A DNA stretch of 64,000 bases from positions 186,001-250,000 of the forward strand of contig CAJNYD010000023.1 in the NCBI GenBank assembly GCA_905331295.1. Reading direction: 5' to 3'. The notes under the pieces were generated by a model that was not told the DNA's origin, made no database searches, and saw only the letters and a program-made list of their open reading frames with translations. Shown one piece after another: positions 13,054 to 24,600 of this stretch (its first letter is position 1; the number at the start of each line of letters is the position of its first letter). This stretch comes from Rotaria socialis (Eukaryota). Made by a program: the position numbers and the translations under genes.

Positions 13054-14954
13054 GCTTATAACAATATGATTTTAATCACTAGGAGCAAGCGTTTTCGTCT
13101 GTCGAATATGTCATCTTTTTTGAATGACAGAAAACTATTGTTCTTTTCTTAACACTGACGTATTCTTTTAGTACTGTTTATCGTCTGGTACAAAAAATTT
13201 AGTTGTTGTTCTTATCTTTTTCTCACTGGTAGCAATTTACTTATTAATATGATGTGTTAGTAGTTTGAGAAAAGAAAAGAAAGAATAGAGTTGTACTGGT
13301 CTTTGTCGATTCATCAGTCTATTAGTATGCAGCTGTGACCCGCATATAATAATGCTACTATGTGACAGCAGTAGCAGTAGTAGTAGTAGTAATAATAATA
13401 ATGGTGTTAAACACTTAATTATTTTTTAGAACCCCTGAACAATTTCCTTCAGTGGTCACTTTACTAGCTGAATCATATAATCCACATGTACGATGTGGAG
13501 CAGCAATGGCACTTGGTTTAGCTTGCGCTGGTACAGGCAACAGGGTAGATATAGTGTTTTTTTTATTATTATTTTGCTTTCTCCAATCGATTTTAACATT
13601 ATTATCGTAGGAAGCTATTGCTGTACTCGAGCCAATGTTAAATGATGCTGTGAACTATGTTAGACAAGGTGTCTTAATTGCTTCAGCACTTATTTGTATT
13701 CAACATACTGAAGCAACTTGCCCTAAAGTATGTATAAATTTCCTAAAGTAGTTTTTAAATTAATCTGAATTATTCTAGGTGAAAATGTTTCGTGAACATT
13801 ATATGAAAGTAATTAGTGATAAACATGATGATATTATGGCAAAATTTGGTGCCATTTTAGCGCATGGAATTCTCGATGCTGGTTTGTATACTTTTCATCG
13901 AATTATTCTATTGCAAAACATCTTTTTTTATTCTAGGCGGTCGCAATGTAACTGTATCATTATTAACACGTAGTGGTCAAAATGATACAATGTCCGTTGT
14001 TGGATTACTTGTTTTTACTCAATTTTGGTATTGGTTTCCATTCAGTCTTTTTCTTTCATTGGCATTTTCACCAACATGTTTAGTAACACTTAATCAAGAT
14101 CTTAAGGTAAAGTAGATTCATTGATTTGATTTCCGTGAAGAAAATATGTTTTCTTTCTTTCTTTCAACAACTTAAGATGCCAAATGTGGATTACATATCA
14201 AATGCACCACCATCTGTCTTTGCATATCCACCAGCTCTTGTGGATAAAAAAGAAGAAAAGAAAGAAAAAGTTGAAACCGTTGTACTTTCAATAACAGCTA
14301 AACAAAAAAAACGTGATCTTGAGAAAAAAGGTGAAAAAACCGACGAAGCTGTAGCAATGGAAACTGTAAGTTAATGATTTTCGTCTTTTATTTCATATGA
14401 TTATTTTGAGAGGAAAAAAATAATTGTTATTTTCAGGATTCAGACGAGAAGAAAGTTACAACTGCTACTACAACAGATGAAGATAACAAGTCCAAGAAAG
14501 ATGTTGATGATAAGGACAAGATGGCATCCGTAGAAAAAAAAGATGATCCAACAGCTTTATCCAATAAAAAAGAAAAGGAACCCGATTCCGAAATACTTCA
14601 CAATCCAACACGAGTAGTGAAAGCTCAAGTATGTCTTACTTTTCTTTTTAAATATGTATATACATATATGTAATTAACTCTGATCGGTTACTTTCTTTTA
14701 GCAACGCGTACTTTCATTACCAAAAGGATCACGTTATCAACCAATTAAAGATATAACACATGCTGGAATTCTTCTTGTTAAAGATACACAAATGAATGAA
14801 CCAGAAACATTAGTTGAATTAGCTAAAGGTAAACCAAAATCAACTTCATCTATTTTCTCTACGTTATTTATTTTTTTTAGCTGGCGGACCAACGAAGGAA
14901 GAAGACTTACCGGAACCACCTCCACCTGAACCATTCGAATATCGAGACGAATAA
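4414..14954 (+). CDS. PSMD1: 26S proteasome non-ATPase regulatory subunit 1 (Rpn2), multi-exon
   Basis: Starts MQLSITSAG. Exons encode [87 protein letters not shown] and the C-terminal [13 protein letters not shown]. Introns are short except one 6.2 kb intron at 7230-13429. Confidence 0.97.
9969..11853 (-). CDS. 5-HT2-type serotonin receptor (class A GPCR), 2 coding exons, nested antisense in a PSMD1 intron
   Basis: Exons 11853-11532 and 11458-9969 are joined by a 73 nt GT-AG intron (EFT|GFWILG). Motifs: [36 protein letters not shown]...TSSIMH...[52 protein letters not shown] and NEQKA are 5-HT2 hallmarks. ICL3 is long. Confidence 0.92.
13011..13049. repeat. (CT)n microsatellite; further GA/CT tracts at ~11950-12095
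   Basis: Dinucleotide runs upstream of the nested receptor ATG, seen directly. Confidence 0.9.
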
Positions 14955-15424
14955 GATTCTTTTTCTTTTTTACTAACTACGTCATCATCATCATTAACTA
15001 GAAAATCAAGCTAATATGTGTATTGTTGAACCTCCTTTCTTTTATTCTTTATCAATATAATAAAAGGTTTTCTTTTTGGCTCACTCTACTATCCTTCTAG
15101 CTCCTTCTCGTAACCGTTTTTCTTCGATTTCTTTCTTTTTATTATCATTATGGCTGCTCAGCAATAAATAAAACAAGGATGAAAATGAGATTTTATCTTC
15201 TCAGTCTTATAAATCGATAAGAGCTCCATCTTGGAAATAATAAGTCATGTGCAAATAAATAAACAAAGGAAGAAAAAGAAAGCAAGAAAAAACACCAATG
15301 CTTTTACAGGTGGTATTTTTCCAATGTAGTTGGCAATTTTAACGAAAACAAGCCAGTTGTTATTATCTCGTCTATCGTATTTCAGATCGATTTCTTCGGT
15401 ATCTTTGACAGATCATCAAACTCT

Positions 15425-17759
15425 ATGGCAACATCAGCTATCGATTTGGAAGACTTCACTTGTACTATTTGTAAGTTCGCTAATAGTAAAAAGCAACTCT
15501 GACGAAATTTTTTATACGTGCAGAACACTAACAAATCAATTACTTTCACTTTTCTGTTAGTTTTTTCTTATCAAGAAGTTTGTTTTGGCCTATTTCTATT
15601 CCAAGACAGTTTATTTTCAAGATATATTAGCTGTTGCATATTAGAATCATATCGATTTCGTATGACAACAATATATAAATCTATTTTGACACGAAATCTG
15701 TAGAATATCAATAAATAGTTGCTGTCTATCATGAAAGTTTTTTGTCAATTAGCAAAGAGTAATGCGATTACTAATTGTCAAAATCAAATACCATGGACTA
15801 TGTTTTCTTGTCTGTTTGAAATAAGCCATTTCTTTTATTTTTAATTGCGCAGACTTGAAGAAGAAAAACAACAATAAAAACAAAAAAGATAGAGTTCTAT
15901 GTGATGTGAGAGCCAAGAAGAGTAACGTCTTTTGGAAAAATGAATTGGTTTTTGAGACTACTCAAATCATTCTTTCGAAAGGAAAATTTTGACAAAAACC
16001 AAAAATATAATCAAAATTATTCATTCTAATTGTTTTTTAATACTTTTTCAACTACTTACTTATCAAAGATTGCAAACTAAGGCTGAAAAACTCAATAGTA
16101 ATCTTTTCACTTTATTTTATTTATTCAATAATTTCATTCATAGGTCGTGAAATATTCGAAAATCCTGTTAGTCTTTCCTGCTCACATTGCTATTGTCGAG
16201 AATGTTTGGTTGGTCTTAGAACGCAACCAGCCTCACCTTTACCTTCATCGGACAAGCCATTAATGCAACCTTTACCTTCATCGGACAAGTCATCAATGCA
16301 GCCCTTGACTCGATCAACTCAAGGATCAGTTATTTATAGACCGAAATTTTATGAACCCAATCAATCTTTTGCATGTGCTATCTGTCGAACAGAAACATTC
16401 GGATACACAGATTGTCGGGATATACAGGCTGATTTGGAAACTCTCGAAGGATTATGTCCTAATTGCAGAAAAAATATTATGCTATGCGATTTACGAAAAC
16501 ATTTGGAACAATGTCCAACACAGCCAAAAGTCGGCGTTAATGATATTTTAAAAACTTTTAACATAGATTTTTTCAGCAAACTATCTCAACCACAAGCTGA
16601 AGCATGCAAAAAAGCACGATCTGGAGAAAATCGTTCTACATTTCGATGTCCCTATTGTACAAAAGCAAAGTACAGTGCTTATAATTTTGGTATTTTTTGT
16701 TGTTCATTACATAATCTTAATTTAATGCTTAGCTTTACTGTGGAACTTCTTTGTGCACATATAGAAGAAATTCATTTAGATGATGATCCTCGTCGAATTT
16801 GGTGAGCAATATTACTGTGAATATATCTATGGAAATTTCAAGGCACTAGTTTAAAATAAGAACTGCGTTAAATTGTTCTAGTATCAATTCAAATTTTTTT
16901 CCAAAATTTATAATATAGGACTTGTGAGTAGGTGTTTTATAAATGCGAAAATAAGTTTGGACGAAAGAAAGTCATTTTCATTCGGAGCAGAGACCTATCG
17001 TTTCCTGCATTGCATATTCAATATTACTACGTAGATCTTTGTTCATAGAATTAAAAGTGAAATTTTCTCTTAGAATTTATATAGAAATCAAAAATTCTAG
17101 GATAGATCATGTTCATTGTGAAAGAATATTTCTGGAAGAAACTGAAACGAATACTTCAAGTGTAGCGGTATTTTCAAACGAAATATTCTCTACTAATACC
17201 GGTCGTAAATTTAACCAAGATGTAATAGTATAATTAAAGATTTTGCTTTTTGATTCGCTCTAGTTGGATTAACCTTTTTCTTAAATGTTTTCAAAATATA
17301 AATTACAGACCTTGAAAGACAACCAACTAGTCATTACTAAATCAGAAAAAGCATATTCAAAAGAAAAAAACTTTCTTTTTTATATGATGTTTTCCGGTTT
17401 CTGAAGACTCGTTAACAAAACTGTAAAAGTAACGCACAATTTTCTTGACTAAGGTTTCAATCACTCGCTAGTTTTTCTTGAATAAAAAATGTTATGATCA
17501 TATATATATATATATATATATAGTACAATTTGTGCATCAATGCCTTGGGGTGACAAAACTAGAGTATCACATAATGTTTATAAACATATTTACAATCGTC
17601 ATCGATTTAACTATGGTAAGATAAGAAAACTAGTTCGCTTGTTTTTTTTTCTATTTGTTTCTATGATCAATATTATTTTAAGAAATATTCGTCAATTATG
17701 AACAGGATGAAGAAAGTATGTTTGCTGAAGCTGTTCAACGATCAATGATGTTCTACTAA
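15425..17759 (+). CDS. RNF166/RNF114-family E3 ubiquitin ligase (RING-HC, C2HC, Di19-type zinc fingers, UIM)
   Basis: Exons 15425-15470, 16144-16669, 16733-16801, 17524-~17615 and 17683-17759 give MATSAIDLEDFTCTIC REIFENPVSLSCSHCYCREC...CAICR, NRSTFRCPYC, CTICASMPWGD...HIYNRHRFNY and the UIM-like DEESMFAEAVQRSM*. Confidence 0.88.
16236..16301 (+). repeat. 33-bp coding tandem duplication (PLPSSDKPLMQ / PLPSSDKSSMQ)
   Basis: cctttaccttcatcggacaag starts both units (16236-16268 and 16269-16301). Confidence 0.9.
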
Positions 17760-18031
17760 AGTTAACTCCCGGTGTCGCTTTTTCGTGGAAACTAAATATC
17801 ATGAAATATTTAACAATACGTAGACATATTTGTTTTGCTTTCTCTTATTTTCTATCGTTTTTCGTCTCAATTTTATGCGATTTCAGAAAAACTCGAACAA
17901 CTAAGACGATTGAATTTTCCGCGTATCTCACGAAATGGAATTCATATATATTTTTTTAAATAAATTTTAGATGTATTTCAGAACAAAACAGTATTAATTA
18001 ACAAAGAGCATTTGTTTTATTTTATTTTCGT

Positions 18032-19081
18032 ATGAATGTAAAAAACCAACCGTCAAAACCCAAACTCCGAACATGGGCATCCGTGATCAGTGGATCATTA
18101 GCAGCTACTGGTGCTGTTTTTTTCACGAATATGCCTGAGACTATTAAAACTCGAATGCAGCTCGATGGTGAAGCATCAATACGCAATGGTGTAGGTACGA
18201 AAAAACAATACAGTAATATTTTTGATGCTTATAAAAAAATCATACGGCAAGAAGGGTTTAAAGCACTTCAGGCAGGTCTTGGCCCCGCTATTGGAATACA
18301 AGTCATTATGAATGGATTACGTTTAGGACTTTTTGAACCTATTCAACACACAATAAGAAATCTAACGAATTGTAGAGAACAAAGTACTTTAAATAAAGTT
18401 TTTTCTGGCGCAATGTCCGGCGTCATAGGTGTAACAATTAGTTCACCATTGTAAATACATTCTGATTTTTTTGTTTCGTTGATATTTCATGTTCATTTTT
18501 TGTTTAGGTACCTAGCGAAAAATCGTCTACAAGCTCAGTCAAATTATTTTCACGCTGCCGAAGAACATCATTATAAAAATACGATTGATTGTTTAAAAAA
18601 AATCTATCAACGAAGTGGCATTTTTGGTTTATTTTATGGTGTGACAGCTGCTTTACCACGTGTTATTGTTGGCTCGGCAACTCAATTAACAACATATGAT
18701 AAATTAAAAGAATTCTCTATACAAAGTTTAAATTTACGGGACGGACTTCCAGCTCATCTTTTTGCAAGTTTTATCTCATCTTTATTTACTGTTACTATGA
18801 TGAATCCATTTGATGTTATATCAACACGTATCTATCAATCAAGTGGTCGACAGACAGTCTATAATGGTGTTATAGATTGTTGTAAGAAAACTGTGCGTAC
18901 TGAAGGATGGAGGGCATTACAAAATGGATGGCTAGCACTTTATTTAAGATTAGGTCCACATACAATAATAACATTCGTATTTCTTGAAAAAATACGCGCA
19001 TGGTTTTTAACATTTGATAGATTTAGTACAAATCCTCAGCCTATTCCAATAGATGTTCTGGTCAATAGTGATGCAAGTTGA
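18032..19081 (+). CDS. Mitochondrial carrier, SLC25A34/SLC25A35 (Oac1)-like
   Basis: Two exons with an intron at 18451-18507. Three carrier repeats with subfamily motifs: ETIKTRMQLDGE, MNGLRLG, LPRVIVGSATQL, MNPFDVISTRIY, YLRLGPHTI. Confidence 0.9.
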
Positions 19082-20663
19082 AAAACAAACCAAAAGAAAA
19101 CATCTATTCACGCTCAGTCCCATGCTTTTTTTTAATTAATTTTCATGTACGTGCACTTATATTTTTTCGATAGGAAGTATGTAACTGATTTTTTTCAACA
19201 TATCTATATATTTAATAAAAAGCGAAATGTATCGATTATAATAGGTTAACTAAGATTTCTTTCTTTATAAATAAGGCTAAGCTAAAGAAAAATATACTAT
19301 TTAATAGTTCCTCTACGTTACCGCTTTCCAACATTCAATTATCGTCAGTCTTTATCGTCTAAACAGGCGTCAAGACGAAAATGTATACGGCTAAAAGTAT
19401 AAATGCATGCTGTGCGATGTTGTCATATAATAGATGAGACAAACCTAATGGTTCTTACACATTGATCGATTATAATTGAGAATGTCAAGCGGTAGTCCAT
19501 ATGTATATAAGACATTAATCTTATCTAGAATTTTCGACTATTTATCTTGCCTTATATGTTTTGAATCCTACCTTAATGTTTCTGTTCGATAAAAACAGCC
19601 GGATTCTGGTCAACGGAACTCTTAAAAGTGCGCACATATTCAATGTTAATTGGCTGATCAATATTACGAAAAAGTTGATATTTTTTATGAGATAAATGAA
19701 GATAATAAATTCGACTCGATCGATATTCATCAGTTCTTATTTAATGATGAAATGTATTCGACATTTTGTTCATTTTATTATGTCTATTAAGCATGGGGAG
19801 AAAAATTAGACGTTTAAAAATTCTTCTTCTAATCACATGAAACCAATGATTTTTATTGAGAGAAAAAAGTCCTTAGATTATTTCTTGTACAGCAAACATA
19901 CCATTTCATAGAATCATTATTCGATGGTGATAATAAGCTAACGAAAAATACCAACCATGCGTCGCTGATTTAAATATTCAAACTAGAAAACGAATATTAC
20001 TGGATGGATACTTCATTCTATGTATAATCAGTACATAAAACTAATAAAATGATCGAGTAATTCTAGATTTCACAGAGCATTTAAATGGACACAATTATTA
20101 ATAATACACGATAAAAAAAAGTTGATGCGTTCGGAAATTGCCACTACATGTCAACAATGCCAATAAGAGAATAGATTCTATACAATGCGGTAGATTAACA
20201 TTTTGTCTGAATTTAAAATTTTATTAAAATATTTTCTTTTTTCACTTCAAATAAAAAGGAGATTTACGAATAATATGAATTGTTATGATATTTTGTGTTA
20301 GTCTATCATTTTATAACTTCATTTATTTCATTCTCAACATCATTCATGGTTTGTCAAGGCTTAAAGACAAAGTCCAAAATAAAATGAGAAACAATGGGTT
20401 CCATACAATCAATATTCCTTTAAAACTTTCTAGCAAAAAAAATGAAAAGAGTGGTTTTAGTGATACAATGACGGATTTTGATCTGTATTCATTTTTGAAG
20501 AATTTTATTGGCTATTCAGACTAGTATTTATATTTAGAATTTAATGTTTCACATCGTAGAGAAAAAACATATATTTATCTCATATTTTACTGTGTTTAAA
20601 TCAATATTCTATGATTGTAGAAATTCCAAGTGCTAATAAACAATAGAATTTTTATTATACTCC

Positions 20664-21125
20664 TAAGGTGCATCAAAGTCAAAAATCGAACACGAGAAAA
20701 ATCTCTTATATATTATCGCATGGCTGGATAAACCTCGATGAGTAGATCATTAATCCCATCTTGAAAGTGTATTTAGGCTTAATTTTGTTTGAGAAATTTT
20801 CAAAATACAAGCTGCACCTGGAACAGGGTGCGCATGTGAGTCTGTTTCCACCCAACACATAAAATCACACCCACCCTGAATTCGATTATGCCAGTTCCGG
20901 AAAATTTGAACATTGTTAAACTAGTTAAATTTCGATTTTTCTCAAAAACTATGAAATATTCATTTTTCCAAGTACAATTTGTATTTTGAAAATTCCTCAG
21001 CCAAAATTAAGTCTAGAAGCATTTCCAAGATAATATTCATGATCTACTCATCGATTTCTATCCAACCATTTGATAATACATAAGAGATTTTTCTTGTGCT
21101 CGATTTTTCACTTTAGTGTACCTTA
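20664..21125. mobile_element. MITE with ~160 bp imperfect terminal inverted repeats
   Basis: The left arm TAAGGTGCATCAAAGTCAAAAATCGAACACGAGAAAAATCTCTTAT... matches the reverse complement of the right arm ...ATAAGAGATTTTTCTTGTGCTCGATTTTTCACTTTAGTGTACCTTA. Flanks fit a TA or degenerate TTAA target site. Confidence 0.88.
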
Positions 21126-21673
21126 TGAAAGACTACTCAATAAACTTCCGTTACTTTTTGAAAACTAATAATTTATTATAAACTTCCATCCTATTGTAAT
21201 TAAAAATATCCATGTTTTATATTACTACATTTAAACACTACTTTTGTTAAAATTTTCAAACAAATAATTTTCTTGAAGAAAAAATTTGTTTTTTCATCAA
21301 ATGTTTAATACATTAACTAATTTGAACAAAAGAAAATCTTTGTTCTTATACGTATATTTATATCATAAAATACAATGAATAAAGATCATGATGAATAAAC
21401 AATGTAAATTTAACAAAAACAGATTAGTGTAATCATTATATTTCAAACGAATCGTACAAACAAACTGTTTGTCTGCTTGAATTTTTTTTTCTATCACCCA
21501 TCCTGTACAAATATATGTTATATACGAGAAGAAACAATAGAAAATACAAGATCAAATAGAAGCATTTGAGTCTGTTATACATACAATGACTGAAAGTAAA
21601 ACAGAAAAAGAAAAGTATAAACATATGATTGGAAAAAAAAAATATATATATATATATATATAGATTTTTTATT

Positions 21674-24600
21674 TTATTTTTCTATATCCACAATATGATA
21701 TTGTTGATAGTGATGATAGGGTGGTTGTACAAGATGTTGTTCATTATTTGAAACAATTGGTTGAATCACTAAAGGTTGTTGATCATTGTTAGTATTTAAT
21801 CGATGTGTTTTAAGCCAAAGATTATTTATTGAATTATTAGTATCATTTTCGGATATATTTTTTAAAGACCAATCATCATGATATTGTTTAAAACGATTAT
21901 ATTGTTCGAGTGTTAATTTTTTATGATTCTAAAAGTGAAAAAGACAAAATTTTCATAATTGAATAAAAATGCAACATGCCTGTTTTGTTGTACGTAATGA
22001 ATTACGTCTATACAAGAAAAAACCAGCACAATGAAATGGTTTACGTTTAAGTGTTTTTGTATCAATACGACAATAATCATTATTTATTGTTACTATATCA
22101 GGTGTTGACGGATCATTTGTTACCAAAAGATTTCTATTATAAAGATAAATATCAAATTAAATTTTAATTAACTATGCCTGTTCGTTTTGTTTTTATCAAT
22201 CATACCGATGTAGATATCGAGGTTTTTTTCGTAGTTTAGTTCTTAAATGTGCTGCTACTGCTTCATCATGATCACCTTCATTCTTATGTAAATAGGACTC
22301 AACATAGCGTGCTCCATTTTCACATATTTTTTCTTCATCTTCATCATCAGATGAATCGATAACAATCAATGAAGTTGTCATTCGCCGATCATTTTTAAAC
22401 TGAAATAAAAATTTTATTATATCAATTCTTTTTAGTCCTATAATTCACTTACTGAAAAAACGCGAAATAAACGATTTCCATTAGCATATGTTTCCATTTC
22501 ACGCTGGTAAATAGCCTCAGCATTTTGTTGTGCTGTTGAATAGAGATTATCAATACAACCGGCAGTACCATTTGTTTGAGAATATAAACGCATGATAGTA
22601 TCTGATGATTCATCAGTGACAATAGCATGAAGCTAAAAGAAAAAGAAAATTTCATTTATTTTAATCGACTTTTTCTTAAATATACCTGTCGAACGCAATT
22701 TTGAATAATTTTATCCATTGTGAATGCAATATATGCATGAATACCAAACATTTCACGTAATGAATCTTCATATGTTACACTGTCCATATTACCATCAAGC
22801 AAATGTCGTACCATATCCAAAAATACTGAATAGTATTCATCAACAGTTATATTGGCTAAACAAAAAAACAACAAACGCACAATTTTTTAGTTTGTTATAG
22901 TAGCGCATTGAAAACTCATAGTAGAATATTCTATTGAATTTTCGTTTTCCTATAAAATGAAATACGCATTCAAATTTGCTAGTAACGAAGTCAATCAGCC
23001 AGTGATCGTTTTAGTTTGTTGTCTGAAAATCATTTTTAATATCAATGATTTAACCTTAAGCATTGTTTGATACACAAAAACAAAAGACGATGTTAATTAT
23101 TTTATCATTGAGAGTTAGTTTTCCTTTTCATAAATTATTTATAGAATCGTTCTTTTGACATGACAATAGCCGACGTGGACATGATGATACGGTCACAATA
23201 GCTTTTTCCACTTAGCCTATCGATTTGTATAAATTTATACTCTCTAGCAGTTTTCATAAGTCAGAAAATCAAACCCACAATGACATCAATCGACTTCAAC
23301 TAGTATTGCAGATTTATCATGCTCGCGAATGGGATCTATCGAAAGGCATAGGGATGGCGGCAATTTTTCATATAGCTCCTCATATTTCGATAGTTTAATT
23401 TGTTCTTATTTCTCCTTGACATTAAAGTGTCAAAATTATCTGTTTCTTGTGCAATTAAACTTGAGGTCAATATTTAAATAGGTTATTTCTACTGGTATGT
23501 TCTCTTGAAGTGTACTTTATAACATGTACACATGATTTCTAACGTTTATTATGGAGACAAGCTGGAAAAATCGTGACTGAAAATTTTGTACTTAGTATTT
23601 TCTTCATTAATTGAATTGAATTCGAGAAAAAAAAACTTACGACGATTTGATGTACGAAGTATGGAAGCAATAGATAGTGGTCGATTACGTTGAGAACCAT
23701 CATCTTCTTCAATTAAACGTAATGATTGTTGAAACATTTTTAATAGACGCTCATATAATAATTGATGAAGACGAAAAAAGTAATAATAATTGTCATTGAC
23801 AAAAAATAAATGAAACATATCATCCTAATTAAAAAAATGAAGAAATAATATAGAAAAACAATAATCAATGGAAATTTTTACAGGCTTTTGATACTCTTGA
23901 GCAACTTGTCGTCGTTTAGTTGCTGAAAAATCTGTATTACGTCGTCGATTTGCATCGGTATGACGAGTTGGTCGAGATTTTTTATCACGTTTACCATTAT
24001 TTTCATTTTCATCATCATCATCGTCTTAAAACGAAAATTTAATTAATCTATATTTTAATATCATCTTTATGTTATCAATAGCACAGTATCTAATTTTAAA
24101 ATGAAATATAGGATGGAAGCATTATTTCTAATTAAAAAGTTCTGATTTCTGTCAAAATAAATCTCGAGAAGTAATTCACACGGATATAAAATTGCAAAGA
24201 GTTTTGTCTGAAATTTTCATTAATTTCCTATATATATATATATTATCATTCATTATGACAATTAATATATCAGACTGTGATTAGTTTTATTATAGACTTC
24301 TTTTGAAATGTCATGTGAATTAAAACAACACAATACGACCATCGATGAAAATTCATATAAATAACAAAAATTAAACGAAAACTTTTATTTATTGTACAGA
24401 TCGTTTATTAAGTTTAGTTTGTCTATGAGATATACAACTATATCGACTGAGTGTATTTCTCGACTTCTACTTATAAACTTTAACTTATCTTGCAAACTGG
24501 CTTGTATCTATGCAGCCATCGGTATGTGCTGGAAGCCTCGAGAACGTTTACACCTTATTAACAAATTTTGCATTCAGCTACTCATAGAACTGGGTCCTAT

